Below are positions 43,829-54,594 of a DNA stretch of 64,000 nt, piece after piece. Numbering within the stretch: the first letter of the stretch is position 1; each line of letters begins with the position of its first letter. This DNA comes from Synechococcus sp. (GTDB taxonomy: Bacteria > Cyanobacteriota > Cyanobacteriia > PCC-6307 > Cyanobiaceae): positions 2,592,136 through 2,656,135 of the forward strand of contig JBJBDC010000001.1 of assembly GCA_047285535.1 (NCBI GenBank), read 5' to 3'. The notes below the pieces were generated by a model. The model saw only the letters and a program-made list of their open reading frames with translations, had not been told where the DNA came from and ran no database searches. The position numbers and the translations under genes were made by a program.

Positions 43829-44394
43829 CGTTGGAGCTCACGGGAGTGGGCCGCCACGTCTTGGAGACGATAAAGGCTGTGCAATTCCAGGCCAGCGGTT
43901 TGCATCGCAGCGGCTCCTCCTTCTTCACGGTCAACGATCGTGACCACTCTGTTGACGGTGAAACCCGCATTTCGGAGTTGTTCAACAGCCTTGATGGATG
44001 AACCACCGGTGGTGACAACATCCTCAAGAACTGTCACGAGAGCCCCCTGATCTGGCAGTGGACCCTCCAACCATGCTCCTGTCCCATGCCCTTTGGCCTG
44101 CTTGCGAACGATCAGAGCGTCGAGGCAGCGTCCTGTCTGTGCGGCAGTTAGGGCAACGCCACTCACCAGCGGGTCGGCACCCAAGGTGAGCCCGCCAACG
44201 GCTATTGCATCCGATTCAACCAATGACAAGAGCGCTGGACAGAGAAGAGCGAGGCCGGAGCCGCTCAAGCTGATCGGCTTGCAATTCACGTAATGATCGC
44301 TGCTCAGCCCAGAGGCGAGGGTAAAGCTCCCATGACGGTACGCCTCCTTCGCTAGCCGCTCCAGCAGAGGGTCGTGATCAAAACGTTGAGACAT
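43825..44394 (-). CDS. pyrE: Orotate phosphoribosyltransferase
   Basis: [33 protein letters not shown] 44394. Confidence 0.95.
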   Translation of the reverse strand: MSQRFDHDPLLERLAKEAYRHGSFTLASGLSSDHYVNCKPISLSGSGLALLCPALLSLVESDAIAVGGLTLGADPLVSGVALTAAQTGRCLDALIVRKQAKGHGTGAWLEGPLPDQGALVTVLEDVVTTGGSSIKAVEQLRNAGFTVNRVVTIVDREEGGAAAMQTAGLELHSLYRLQDVAAHSRELQR

Positions 44395-44439
44395 CTGGGC
44401 TGGTGCGTAGCGAATCCTGTGCCTATTTTGCGTGAAGCG

Positions 44440-44976
44440 ATGAAAGCCTCTGTGTTCAGACTCCCCTTTGGTGCTCTGATGATCATGATTCCTCTTGGCT
44501 TGTTGCAAGCGAATCTTGGTAAGGCCAATCCTGTGATCTGTACCACAACTCTTGAAGCGCCTATGCGTTCAAGCCCAGAGAGACCTGAGGTGATTTCACC
44601 GGTTGAAGTGAGTCGTTGTCGACCGATCAACACCACCGGCATGATCCTATCCAAGCGTTTTTATACGTGGACAGCTCCCTTCTCTCGCGGTGTGGATGTC
44701 ATGCATCAGATTACTGATCTTCTTGGAATTTCAGTCGCTGGTCTGCAAGGCAACAGGGTCATGGGATTTGGGTTTCCTGATCAGACAATCGTGTGGGATG
44801 CATCCGCTTTGCAAAATACTTTTCAAGTGTTGTTGGAAGAGCAGAGCCCCGCCGTCCCTTGGCGCACTGTTGACATATCCAATGGATTCACAAGCAGCCT
44901 GGCTGAGGAGAGTCAGGTTGGAATGGCAATCGATTGGGATGCTGAAACTTCAGCACCCATCCGTGCCCTGTGGTAG
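44440..44976 (+). CDS. Hypothetical exported protein
   Basis: Signal-like N-terminus, [20 protein letters not shown]; divergent from pyrE. Confidence 0.65.
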   Translation: MKASVFRLPFGALMIMIPLGLLQANLGKANPVICTTTLEAPMRSSPERPEVISPVEVSRCRPINTTGMILSKRFYTWTAPFSRGVDVMHQITDLLGISVAGLQGNRVMGFGFPDQTIVWDASALQNTFQVLLEEQSPAVPWRTVDISNGFTSSLAEESQVGMAIDWDAETSAPIRALW

Positions 44977-44990
44977 ATCCGTGAAGTTAC

Positions 44991-45063
44991 GGGGGTCTAG
45001 CAATCTGGTGAATGCAGCGAACTCATAATTCGCCTAAGGCGGGTTCGATCCCCGCGACCCCCA
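44991..45063 (+). tRNA. tRNA with CAT anticodon, most likely tRNA-Ile2 (lysidine)
   Basis: Acceptor GGGGGTC/GACCCCC+A, anticodon arm GCGAA-CTCATAA-TTCGC, T loop GGTTCGATCC, CCA not encoded; Ile2 rather than Met inferred from arm sequence. Confidence 0.9.
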
Positions 45064-45077
45064 TTCACTGATGACTG

Positions 45078-46355
45078 ATGCGCAACTTGCTGCTGATCGC
45101 GCTTTTGTTGCTTCCTGCGTTTTTTGCAGCTGCGGAGGTTTCCTTGCTGCGTTTGCGCCCGAGTCGGGTCCATGAACTAAAAGAAGAGGGCCTCCCCGGT
45201 GCGCCGTCCGTTGAGCGCCTCCAGCGGCGACTGAGAAGAGCCCTGTTGATGACCCAGTTCGGCACCATCTTGTCCTTGGTGGCCCTCGGCTGGATTGCCA
45301 AAGGATTTGGTCAGCGTTGGTGGCCGATCGAGACACCAGCAGGCCGTTGGTGGGATCTTGCCTGGTTCCTCGTCTTGGTGATTTTCTCCACGCTGCTGTC
45401 CGGGTTGCTCCCACGGGCTTTGGTCTTAAGCCGACCTGAACCTGCTGCTTTGCAACTAGCCCCGATTTTGGAAACCACCATGCAGGTGTTGCGGCCTCTG
45501 TTGTCGGTTCTGGATGTCATTGCTTCTCTCTTCCTTCGTCTCATTGGCTTGAAGCCTCGCTGGGATGCTCTCGTGCCAGCACTGACAGCTGGTGAATTGG
45601 AGACTTTAGTTGAGATTGGTGGTGTGACAGGCCTTAGGCCTGATGAAAGGAACATCCTTGAAGGGGTGTTTGCCTTACGGGATATGCAGGTGAGGGAGGT
45701 GATGGTTCCTCGCTCCGGGATGGTCACCTTGCCAGTGGAGGTCCGTTTCGCAGAGTTGATGGAGGCAGTTCATCGCACCCGTCATGCTCGGTTTCCAGTC
45801 ATTGGGCAGTCGCTGGATGATGTACGTGGCGTGTTGGATTTACGTCGGTTGGCTGAGCCGATCGCCCGTGGAGAGCTTCAAAAAGATTCCGCTTTAGAGC
45901 CTTATTTGAGCCCCGCAGAGCGGGTGCTCGAGACCCGAAATCTTGCTGAATTGTTGGCCATTATTCGCTCAGGACACCCTTTGTTGCTTGTGGTGGATGA
46001 ACATGGGGGAACCGAGGGGTTGGTGACTGCTGCTGATCTCACAGGTGAAATCGTTGGGGATGAGCCTGAGCCTGAGAGTGCAGAACCTGATCTTCAAGCG
46101 ATTGAGGGGGAAGAGGGCTCTTGGATGGTTGCTGCTGATTTAGAGATCTTCGAACTCAATCGTCAATTGAATCTTGATCTTCCTGAAGCCTCCGACCATC
46201 ACACACTGGCTGGCTTTCTGCTCGAACGGTTACAACACATCCCTACCTCTGGAGAAGCTCTGCGCCACAACGGCCTTCAATTTGAAATCATCAAGATGAA
46301 AGGCCCACGCATCGTCCAGGTGAAGCTAGTGATTCCCCAATCGGCAGATGGCTGA
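45078..46355 (+). CDS. CNNM/CBS/CorC domain protein (hemolysin-family, Mg/Co transport-related)
   Basis: AFFAAAEVSL, VREVMVPR, HARFPV, VVDEHGGTEGLVT, TLAGFLL. Confidence 0.9.
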   Translation: MRNLLLIALLLLPAFFAAAEVSLLRLRPSRVHELKEEGLPGAPSVERLQRRLRRALLMTQFGTILSLVALGWIAKGFGQRWWPIETPAGRWWDLAWFLVLVIFSTLLSGLLPRALVLSRPEPAALQLAPILETTMQVLRPLLSVLDVIASLFLRLIGLKPRWDALVPALTAGELETLVEIGGVTGLRPDERNILEGVFALRDMQVREVMVPRSGMVTLPVEVRFAELMEAVHRTRHARFPVIGQSLDDVRGVLDLRRLAEPIARGELQKDSALEPYLSPAERVLETRNLAELLAIIRSGHPLLLVVDEHGGTEGLVTAADLTGEIVGDEPEPESAEPDLQAIEGEEGSWMVAADLEIFELNRQLNLDLPEASDHHTLAGFLLERLQHIPTSGEALRHNGLQFEIIKMKGPRIVQVKLVIPQSADG

Positions 46356-46407
46356 GCGGCCATCGCGGTTGATCACCGATAATCGCCTGAGTCCTGCACT
46401 CCATCCG

Positions 46408-47412
46408 ATGACCGACCCTATGGTTCCGGTGAAGGTCGGAGTGATTGGAATCGGCAACATGGGTTGGCATCACGCCCGTGTACTCAGCCTGCTGAAGGAT
46501 GCGGATCTGGTGGGAGTCTCTGATCCGGATGCTGAGCGTGGAGCCTTGGCCAAGGCTCAGTTTGATTGCCGCTGGTTCGCCGACTACCACGACATGTTGT
46601 CCGAGGTTGAAGCTGTTTGTATTGCTGTGCCCACACTGCTCCACCATGCCGTTGGTTTGGCCTGTTTAGAAGCTGGGTTGCATGTGTTGATTGAAAAGCC
46701 AATTGCAGCCAGTCAGGAGGAGGCTGCTGCGCTCAGCGAATCAGCAAGCAGGGTCGATCGACTGTTGCAAGTTGGTCATATCGAGCGGTTCAATCCCGCT
46801 TTTCGTGAACTGACAAAGGTTGTGGCCAGTGAGGAAGTTGTCGTCCTGGAAGCCCGGCGTCATAGCCCTCATTCCGATCGTGCCAATGATGTGTCTGTGG
46901 TGCTTGATCTGATGATTCACGACTTGGATCTGGTTTTGGAACTTGCCGGAGCCACGGTGGTGCATTTGTCGGCGGCGGGTGGACGTAGCGCTAAAGGCCC
47001 AATTGATTACGTCAACGCAACACTGGGATTTGATAACGGTGTCGTGGCAAGCCTGACGGCAAGCAAAATGAGCCATCGCAAGATCAGAAATCTGAGTGCA
47101 CACTGCCGTGGAAGCTTGGTAGAAACTGATTTTCTCAATCACACATTGCATATTCATCGTCGAGCTCATGAGTGGTATTCCGCTGATCACGGAGAACTTC
47201 TCTATCGAAATGACAGCTTTATTGAAGAGGTCAGCACCACTTCAATTGAGCCCCTTTACGCTGAACTGGAACATTTTCTGCAGTGTGTTCGGGGGCGCGA
47301 AACCCCTGCTGTCGATGGTCAGCAGGCATCAAGAGCGTTACGTTTGGCAGATTTGATTGAGCAGGCAGTGGAGCGGCCAGGCGTCGGTATTGCTCTGGAT
47401 GCTCCTATCTGA
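46408..47412 (+). CDS. Gfo/Idh/MocA oxidoreductase
   Basis: GVIGIGNMG, HVLIEKP, GHIERFNP, DLMIHDLD. Confidence 0.9.
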   Translation: MTDPMVPVKVGVIGIGNMGWHHARVLSLLKDADLVGVSDPDAERGALAKAQFDCRWFADYHDMLSEVEAVCIAVPTLLHHAVGLACLEAGLHVLIEKPIAASQEEAAALSESASRVDRLLQVGHIERFNPAFRELTKVVASEEVVVLEARRHSPHSDRANDVSVVLDLMIHDLDLVLELAGATVVHLSAAGGRSAKGPIDYVNATLGFDNGVVASLTASKMSHRKIRNLSAHCRGSLVETDFLNHTLHIHRRAHEWYSADHGELLYRNDSFIEEVSTTSIEPLYAELEHFLQCVRGRETPAVDGQQASRALRLADLIEQAVERPGVGIALDAPI

Positions 47413-47413
47413 C

Positions 47414-50400
47414 TTAGAGCAGCCCTTCCTGATCTGCTAGCTCCTTTAGCGCTTTGATTTGCCATTGGCGGCATTGGGCAGGAGATGCTTGATAAAACTG
47501 ATCCCAGGCCGCCGCTTTGTGTTGGCTGTACGTTCCAATCTCTTGATGGGGATGGGTGCTCTCCCACCCCACACGAACAGCGTGGCCAATCACAACATCA
47601 AGGGCGATGTCGTCCTCGAAGCGCATGTCTGGATTGGACATTGTGAAGGCCATGAGCGAGAGCAGGCTTTCTGTGCAGAGTTGACGGTATTCGGCTGCTT
47701 CTATGCGACTGAGCAAGTGTTCCACCTGAATGGCAAAATTACGCTCCCCTGGAGTCTTTTCCAGTAGCAGCGCGCTGGTCAGACGATTGCGTCGCTCCAA
47801 CTTGTCGCCGATCACCAATCCACGGCAGTGATGAAGCAACGACCAGATCCCGGCATAAAATTCTTTGGGCACTTGTTGCAGGGAGCCCAGTCGAGTGCGG
47901 TGTTGCAGCCAGTCGCACCCACTTGGACGTTCCTCAAGTGGTTCAGGCACGGTCCACTGCACATGGCCGCGAAGGTGAAGTTGCTCGCGGCGCTGTAGCG
48001 CTGCTCGGGCATGGTCCACATCATTGAGGAGGGCTTGGAGGCGAAGACTGATCGCATGCGGGGCTTCGCTACACAGCGCCTCAAAGGCTGCGTCCTGGCT
48101 CAGTTGTCTTTCTGCTGCCAATTCTGAGGTGAGTAAAAGCAGCAGTTGGCCCAGCTGCAAGGTCAGGGTGCCCTTAAGTATTTCCGGCTCTCGCCGAGCC
48201 AGGCCATCGAGAGCCACTAAGACTTCTTGCTGCAGCATTCGCTCCCTTCCATCTCTGCCGCAGGTGCGTTCAATGAGGGCCGCGATGGCCTGGCTTGAGG
48301 CCGGGACGTTAAGGCGAGAATCGCTGGTGTAGTTTCTCCCCACCACAACTTGCTTTTGGCGGCTTAGCAGATCGATGACGGCATCCTCTAGCTGGGGATT
48401 GACGAGCCCCATCGCGCCAGCGCAGCGGCGGGCCACATTCCAGTCTTCTTGGCTCAGCCCACGATGGTAAATCTCCTCCAAAAGGGTGTTCAGTTCGATT
48501 GGGGTGCCTTCAGGGGAGCAAAGAATGGCTCTCCTTCCGAGTTGGCGGTTGAGAATTTCAAGCACTTCTGCTTGTTCTCGGAGCGAGTGGCTACTCCAGA
48601 GACGATCGCGGAGTTGACCAAGGGGGATCTCGTCAAGCTCTTGTTCCTGGGCTGCTGTGAGGTCGTCGAAGTCGGTTGATTCTGGTAGCAACTGGGCAGC
48701 ATCGCCCCGTTGGAACGTGTTTTTGCTGCCTGTGACGGCCGGCAGGGTCACCCATTGAGCCTTTGAGGAGAGTGTCTCAAGATCGCTGAAGCAAACTGAC
48801 ACATCTTCGATTCGGCCTGAATGCAGGCGGGCGGTGAGTTCCAACAGCAACTCTGAATTTTTTTTCAGCAGCGTGTCATCAATGGGAATCAGTAACAGCG
48901 GTGACCCATCGCCGCGCCAGTGCCTGTGAAGCAGATGGAGTTCATTGATGACCGTTTCCATCAGCTGGCGAGGGTCATGGGACACGAAAAAGATGTCTTC
49001 CTCAAGAACAGCTGGTAAGACAGCCATTTGCTCTTCGCCCTGTCGATAGAGACAGGCCGAGTCCGATGTTTCGGCGCGGAGCATTGGTTGACCGCTTAAG
49101 TGGAGCGCATCGTCGCTTCCTACAGCGCTGAGGCGATCATTGAGGTTGCGCGATGGCACCACCTGGATCGGACAGGCCTTTGGATCGCTTACAGGTAGCC
49201 CTTGCGCCTTGAGTTCGGCTGCAAGCATGCTGCTCTTTGGCGCTAAGGCAACGAGGACCTGATCGGCGCCTATCACTTTTGACAATCTGCGATTACAAGG
49301 ATCAAGGTCACCTGGTTCGATGAGTCCTTCAATCAGCATCTCTCCAAGCCAGGCAAGGCTCTGGGTCCAGAGCAGAGGTACGTTGTCGTTAGCAAGTCGT
49401 CGCTGGCTGCCGGGTGCACGTCGCTCGAGCTCTACCGCATTGTCGGGCACGAGATAAAGCTCTGGGTAGAGCTGTTGACCATTGCGTTCCACCTGCAGCA
49501 CCTTGAGCCTTTCTTGCCAGTGGTGTGCGTCGGTCCAACGCTCTTCAAAGCAGGCGGTGAGCTGTTCGTAAGCCAGAAAGAGAGGCCATTCCGATTCCAC
49601 TCCCTCGAAATTGAAGAGTTCGGCCCGTTCGTAGTGCAGTCGACTGACGTCTTCCAGAACAGTTTGGTGCCCGTCGCGTCGGAAGCGTTTGTATCCATAC
49701 AGTCCCCCTAGCTCGCGTCGGATTCTTTGGACGGTTCTCTCCGCCAGGTCTTGTTCCTCCACCGCCCAGGCTGGGTAACCGATCACGGAGAGACAAGCAC
49801 TGTCCACTTCTTTGCTGGCGGATTCTCTTGGCAGCAGCCCTTGGAGCGCCCGACGCAAACGGACGACAGCGCCTTTGGGAATGTGCACCTGCACCGATCC
49901 ATCGCCGTAGGAGCTGAATAGATCCACGCCATCGAGGGCTTCTAGTGCGGCTTTGGCCATGCCAATGGAGCTCGCGTTGCGCTCGGGTAGGCCATGATTT
50001 CCTTTGTCGCCCCGTTCCCAGATCCCGTAGTCGGGTACGCGGTAAGCCCTTGCTACGTAGTAGACGAGGTTTTGGACGAAAGCCACTTCGTGGCGGTTAT
50101 GAATCACGGCAAGACCGCCCCGGCTGAGCTGAGCTAGTTGAAGCAAAAACAGCGACGTCGCATCTAGCTGCAGATGCCCCCAGGCGTCATCCGCAACAAC
50201 TTGATTGCCATTGGCGCTGTTGTACTTGGCGTGCAAAGCGTCGAGTGGATCGAGGCTGTACTTGAAACGCTCTACTTTTGGGGCTTGGCGCATCATGCTG
50301 TTGAGCAGGCCGCGCATCACCCCTAGAACCCTTTGTTCGAGTTCCCAACTGCGTTGGGTTCGTTTCCCATGCATGCGGTGATGGGCGATGGCCAGTCCCC

Positions 50401-50671
50401 AAACGCACTGAATCGAATACACGCAGTCGCGAACCCAGGCGTCTCCGTAGTTTCCATGAACTGTGTTTGCGGTGCTGGCTGGAAGCAACCCGCTCACTGG
50501 GTGCTGACGCTTCAAGACAACAGTTTCGATGGCGAGATCCAGGGTCTTGAGCTTGTTTAGACAGAGCTCGTGATGCTCATGAGGGTTCGGATGCGACAAA
50601 ACCGTGGCCTTCCAGGCGACCGGATCTAGATTCTCTCTTGCAGTCGATTCCTGGATGGATATCACCAGCAC
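47414..50671 (-). CDS. GH15-fold protein homologous to phosphorylase kinase alpha/beta subunits
   Basis: AWVRDCVY, WGHLQLDATS, DYGIWERGDK, ASSIGMAKAALEA, LPRESASKEVD, GYKRFRRDG; start probably somewhat downstream of 50671. Confidence 0.85.
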   Translation of the reverse strand: MLVISIQESTARENLDPVAWKATVLSHPNPHEHHELCLNKLKTLDLAIETVVLKRQHPVSGLLPASTANTVHGNYGDAWVRDCVYSIQCVWGLAIAHHRMHGKRTQRSWELEQRVLGVMRGLLNSMMRQAPKVERFKYSLDPLDALHAKYNSANGNQVVADDAWGHLQLDATSLFLLQLAQLSRGGLAVIHNRHEVAFVQNLVYYVARAYRVPDYGIWERGDKGNHGLPERNASSIGMAKAALEALDGVDLFSSYGDGSVQVHIPKGAVVRLRRALQGLLPRESASKEVDSACLSVIGYPAWAVEEQDLAERTVQRIRRELGGLYGYKRFRRDGHQTVLEDVSRLHYERAELFNFEGVESEWPLFLAYEQLTACFEERWTDAHHWQERLKVLQVERNGQQLYPELYLVPDNAVELERRAPGSQRRLANDNVPLLWTQSLAWLGEMLIEGLIEPGDLDPCNRRLSKVIGADQVLVALAPKSSMLAAELKAQGLPVSDPKACPIQVVPSRNLNDRLSAVGSDDALHLSGQPMLRAETSDSACLYRQGEEQMAVLPAVLEEDIFFVSHDPRQLMETVINELHLLHRHWRGDGSPLLLIPIDDTLLKKNSELLLELTARLHSGRIEDVSVCFSDLETLSSKAQWVTLPAVTGSKNTFQRGDAAQLLPESTDFDDLTAAQEQELDEIPLGQLRDRLWSSHSLREQAEVLEILNRQLGRRAILCSPEGTPIELNTLLEEIYHRGLSQEDWNVARRCAGAMGLVNPQLEDAVIDLLSRQKQVVVGRNYTSDSRLNVPASSQAIAALIERTCGRDGRERMLQQEVLVALDGLARREPEILKGTLTLQLGQLLLLLTSELAAERQLSQDAAFEALCSEAPHAISLRLQALLNDVDHARAALQRREQLHLRGHVQWTVPEPLEERPSGCDWLQHRTRLGSLQQVPKEFYAGIWSLLHHCRGLVIGDKLERRNRLTSALLLEKTPGERNFAIQVEHLLSRIEAAEYRQLCTESLLSLMAFTMSNPDMRFEDDIALDVVIGHAVRVGWESTHPHQEIGTYSQHKAAAWDQFYQASPAQCRQWQIKALKELADQEGLL

Positions 50672-51440
50672 CTGTCCGCGAGATCAACGTCGCTTCCATG
50701 TGCTTGGGGTGCCAGTGGATGCTTGCCGCGACGTCACTGCAGCCGCGATAGGAGTTCATGCCGATGGGGGAGGGCAGATCGTCACCCTTAATGCAGAGAT
50801 GACGATGGCGGCACGTTCAAACCCTCGGTTGGCTGCGGTGATTGCTGAAGCTGCTCTAGTGGTCCCCGATGGCGCAGGAGTGGTTTGGGCACTTGGTTTG
50901 CAGGGTGTTCGCTTGCGTCGTAGCCCTGGTATCGAACTGGCTTGGGACCTCTTGGGTTATGCCGAGGCCCATGGATGGTTGGTGGCTTTGGTGGGGGCAG
51001 CTCCGGATGTGATGGAACGATTGCGTCAGAAATTGGCGGTCGAGAGGCCTGGGTTACGCCTTGTGCTTGCTCAACATGGTTATCTCGTTGAGGACGCTTG
51101 GGCTGGATTAGAAGCCCAACTGAGTGAGCTCAATCCAGATTTGGTCCTTGTCGCATTAGGCGTTCCACGTCAGGAACTGTGGGCTCAGCGCCGCAGGGCA
51201 AGCCAATCTGGCCTTTGGATGGGTGTTGGCGGAAGCTTTGATGTATGGGCAGGTGCCAAACAACGTGCTCCTGCATGGACTAGTCGTTTACAGCTCGAAT
51301 GGCTGTATCGATTTTTGCAGGAACCAAGTCGATGGCGGCGTTATCTGGCGCTACCCCATTTTGTTTTGTCTGTTCTGCTCAGCGGAAACCAACTGAAGCC
51401 TGCCAAACAAAAGCAAGCAAAAGAAAAAACAGTGGAATGA
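50655..51440 (+). CDS. WecG/TagA/CpsF glycosyltransferase
   Basis: [37 protein letters not shown]. Confidence 0.92.
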   Translation: MDITSTCPRDQRRFHVLGVPVDACRDVTAAAIGVHADGGGQIVTLNAEMTMAARSNPRLAAVIAEAALVVPDGAGVVWALGLQGVRLRRSPGIELAWDLLGYAEAHGWLVALVGAAPDVMERLRQKLAVERPGLRLVLAQHGYLVEDAWAGLEAQLSELNPDLVLVALGVPRQELWAQRRRASQSGLWMGVGGSFDVWAGAKQRAPAWTSRLQLEWLYRFLQEPSRWRRYLALPHFVLSVLLSGNQLKPAKQKQAKEKTVE

Positions 51441-51522
51441 TCGGCAGGATGTCGATCAGCGGACCGAAGGCTTGGTAGGCCTCAGGTAATTGGGCTAGCA
51501 AATCGAGCGAGTAAGCAGCCAT
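51379..51522 (-). CDS. psbK: Photosystem II protein K
   Basis: Hand translation [47 protein letters not shown] (47 aa). Confidence 0.97.
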   Translation of the reverse strand: MAAYSLDLLAQLPEAYQAFGPLIDILPIIPLFFLLLAFVWQASVGFR

Positions 51523-51552
51523 CCCGGCGAATTCATGGTCAGAGCTTGGACG

Positions 51553-52671
51553 CTACCACGTGTGATGGGCTCTTGAGCTTTGCTCCCATGGAGCGAAATC
51601 CTCTGAAAAACAACCTTCATGAATGGCTTGTCTCATGGCGTTGGTAAATCGGATGAGGTGGGTGAGGTTGTGCAAGCTCAAGAGAGTGAGCCCTAGCAGT
51701 TCTTCGCTACGGATCAGATGGTGGAGATAGGCACGCGTGTGGTTGCGGCAGGCAGTGCATGGGCAGCTCCTGTCCAAAGGAGTGTGATCGTGTCTGAAGC
51801 GGGCATTGCGGAGGTTCCAGCGTTCGTTGCCCACCAGTGCGGTGCCATGCCTTCCTAGACGGGTGGGTAGAACACAGTCAAAGAGATCGATCCCATTGGC
51901 GACGGCTACCGCCATCTCCCGGAGGGTGCCAATTCCCATCAGGTATCGAGGGCGATCAGCGGGTAAGAGGGGGGTGACCTGTCGCACGATCTGATGCATC
52001 TCCTCCACTGGCTCTCCAACGCTGACTCCGCCGATCGCGATCCCAGGTAAGTTGAAGGCCGCCACCGTTCTGGCGCTCAGATCACGTAGGTGGGGGAAGC
52101 ACCCTCCCTGCACAATTCCAAACAGAGCTTGATCCTCACGCTCGTGGGCTTCAGCGCAGCGACCTAACCATGCATGTGTGCGTCGGCAGGCCTCCTCGAC
52201 ATCATTCTCGGTGGCTGGGTATGGAGGACATTGATCGAAGGCCATGGCCACATCTGCGCCAAGGCGCATCTGAATTTGCATCGACCGCTCCGGGGTCAGC
52301 AAGATTCGACTGCCGCTGCGAGGATTGCGGAAGTCCACGCCTTCATCGTCAATTCGGTTGAGGTCCCCGAGGCTGAACACTTGGTATCCACCTGAATCGG
52401 TCAGCATGGGCCCGTTCCAGTCCATGAACCGATGCAGCCCTCCTGCTTCGGCCACAATCTCCTCACCAGGTTGGAGATGCAAGTGATAGGTGTTCGAAAG
52501 CACCATTTGGGCGCCAGTTTCTGCCAGTTGGGAGGTGGTCAGCCCCTTAACGGTTCCGAGAGTGCCTACTGGCATGAATCGGGGGGTTGTGACTGGACCG
52601 TGAGGTGTTTGAAAGCAGCCGCAGCGAGCACCCGTCGAACTGCACGTGGCCTGAATCTTGAACTTGAACAC
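51553..52671 (-). CDS. tgt: tRNA-guanine transglycosylase
   Basis: [43 protein letters not shown]. Confidence 0.96.
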   Translation of the reverse strand: MFKFKIQATCSSTGARCGCFQTPHGPVTTPRFMPVGTLGTVKGLTTSQLAETGAQMVLSNTYHLHLQPGEEIVAEAGGLHRFMDWNGPMLTDSGGYQVFSLGDLNRIDDEGVDFRNPRSGSRILLTPERSMQIQMRLGADVAMAFDQCPPYPATENDVEEACRRTHAWLGRCAEAHEREDQALFGIVQGGCFPHLRDLSARTVAAFNLPGIAIGGVSVGEPVEEMHQIVRQVTPLLPADRPRYLMGIGTLREMAVAVANGIDLFDCVLPTRLGRHGTALVGNERWNLRNARFRHDHTPLDRSCPCTACRNHTRAYLHHLIRSEELLGLTLLSLHNLTHLIRFTNAMRQAIHEGCFSEDFAPWEQSSRAHHTW

Positions 52672-52730
52672 AGGCCATGCGTGCAACGGATCAATTTACG
52701 GTGAGTGGTGTCACTACCAGTATCTAGGCC

Positions 52731-53501
52731 ATGGCATCAGCCCCCTCATGGCTGCGGGATTTCTCCGGTGCCTGGATTTTTTATTCGGTGCTGCCTCCCT
52801 GGCCCTTTCCCCAGCCCCGTTTTGAACGCATCGCTCGGTTCGCTCCCTGGATCGGTTTGGTGATTGGTGGTCTGCAAGCGGGATTGTGGTTGCTTTTATC
52901 TGGGTTGGGCTGGCCTCATATAGCGATTATTTCTACTGTGTTGGCATTCGGCATCTGGCTTACCGGTGGGCTCCATCTTGACGGGCTGATGGACATGGCC
53001 GATGGTCTCGCTGCCGGGCCTGATCGGTGTTTGGAGGCCATGGAGGACAGCCGCGTTGGAGCGAGTGGTGTTCAGTTGTTGGTGTTGGTGCTATTGCTTC
53101 AGTTCGGTGCTTTGATGCGGCTGGGCCCCGAAGCGCCAATGGCTTGGGTTGTAGCGATTGCGTTGGCAAGGGTGTCGCCGTTATGGGCGATGGCGCGGTT
53201 CCCTTATTTACGTGTGAATGGAACTGCTGGGTTTCACCGCCGTTACGCGAAGGGGTTTGCAGACACTGTTCCGACGCTGATTCTGCTGCTACTTCTGCTG
53301 GCTATGGCACACACTCAGCTGCTGCCCCTGCTGAGTGTTCCTATCTTTCTGCTGACAGGACTTCTTGTGGCTGAGTGTCTCGGTCGGCGACTGGGTGGGA
53401 TGACTGGGGACGGCTACGGGGCTGTTGTGATTCTCAGCGAAACTTTCAGTTTGTTGGCGCTGGCTTTTTTGGCCCCTCTGCTCGGATCGGCGGGAGGCTG
53501 A
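52731..53501 (+). CDS. cobS: Cobalamin synthase
   Basis: TGGLHLDGLMDMADG, MEDSRVGA, LGGMTGDGYGA. Confidence 0.93.
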   Translation: MASAPSWLRDFSGAWIFYSVLPPWPFPQPRFERIARFAPWIGLVIGGLQAGLWLLLSGLGWPHIAIISTVLAFGIWLTGGLHLDGLMDMADGLAAGPDRCLEAMEDSRVGASGVQLLVLVLLLQFGALMRLGPEAPMAWVVAIALARVSPLWAMARFPYLRVNGTAGFHRRYAKGFADTVPTLILLLLLLAMAHTQLLPLLSVPIFLLTGLLVAECLGRRLGGMTGDGYGAVVILSETFSLLALAFLAPLLGSAGG

Positions 53502-54594
53502 GTAAGAAAGCATTCCCTTTGCTTGGGAGGCTCGGATCCAGCTCACTAGGCGTGGTGTGTAAGACCAGCGCTCCTCCCCTTGCTTCAGCGAGGTCTCGAG
53601 CAAGTGCGAGCCCTAGACCCGATCCAGGTTGATCCTTGTTGCGGCTTCCCCGTTCGCCTTTGCGAAAGATCACATCTTGCTCTTGATCTGGGATGGGGGA
53701 TCCCCCATCCCAGATCAAGATGCTGAGGTCGAACAGGCTGATGCCAAGTGGACAGCCTGATGGGCTGTAGCGAAAAGCGTTTTCAAGCAGATTGGCGACG
53801 ATTTCCGATACCACCCCATCTTCATTCGGTCGGATCTCTCGAGTCCACGCAGGCCAGTCTGTTGGTGCGTTCCAGACGCGGTTCTGTAGCGCTGAGGTCG
53901 CAGCAGCTCGTTCGATGAGTGGTTTCAGCAGTCCTTCGATTGTGAGCTCTGGAGCTTCTGATTTCACTTCAGGAAGCAGGAGTGGAGTCGGTGCCTCCTG
54001 CCGATGCGGCAGGTTCTGTTGACCAATGAGATCCAGAGAGGCAATGAAGCGGTCAAGCTGTGCCTGTTCCTGAAGGAGTCCGGTCACCAGTGGGCGTTGG
54101 ACATGCTCGGGCCCAAGACGACGTAGCAGGAGCTGGGCGTAGGTCCTTAAGGCAGCCAGTGGGTTGCGCAATTGATGAATCACGAGGTTCATCTGTTGGC
54201 GTTGTTGGTGGAGCTCTTCCAGTAGCCGACTGCGCTCCAGTTCAAGGCCCAGGCTGTAGGCCAATGCAGAGGCGCTAGCTTGTAAACGTCGATCCAAATG
54301 ATCGGGCCATTCTTTCCCTTGTTGCTGTTCTGCCCTTAGGACTCCAAGAAGGAGATCGTCGTGACGAAGAGGAAACCAGTGCCGTTCTGGTGTTGGAATA
54401 CGTAGGGTTGGATCGTCTGCAATGGGCGGAAGTCGACCACCGTCGGGAGGCCACTGATCCAGCATTGTGAGGCTGGGAGCCTTCCCCTCACTGCTTTCTG
54501 CTGTGTAGATGACAAGTCTTTCAAGTTCCTGGTCGCACGAAAAACTCTGCAACTGTTGATGGACCAGGGTTAAGAACCGGTTGGACAGCTGCAT
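53446..54594 (-). CDS. hik2: Soluble GAF-type histidine kinase, Hik2/CSK-like
   Basis: PL..LLGVL GAF motif, HQLRNPLAALRT, NLLENAFRYS, GSGLGL. Confidence 0.75.
   Translation of the reverse strand: MQLSNRFLTLVHQQLQSFSCDQELERLVIYTAESSEGKAPSLTMLDQWPPDGGRLPPIADDPTLRIPTPERHWFPLRHDDLLLGVLRAEQQQGKEWPDHLDRRLQASASALAYSLGLELERSRLLEELHQQRQQMNLVIHQLRNPLAALRTYAQLLLRRLGPEHVQRPLVTGLLQEQAQLDRFIASLDLIGQQNLPHRQEAPTPLLLPEVKSEAPELTIEGLLKPLIERAAATSALQNRVWNAPTDWPAWTREIRPNEDGVVSEIVANLLENAFRYSPSGCPLGISLFDLSILIWDGGSPIPDQEQDVIFRKGERGSRNKDQPGSGLGLALARDLAEARGGALVLHTTPSELDPSLPSKGNAFLLSLPPIRAEGPKKPAPTN

Noticed and set aside
44991..45063. tRNA as an island integration site
   Set aside because: Flanked within 14 nt by ordinary genes; no duplicated 3' end or integrase seen in the window
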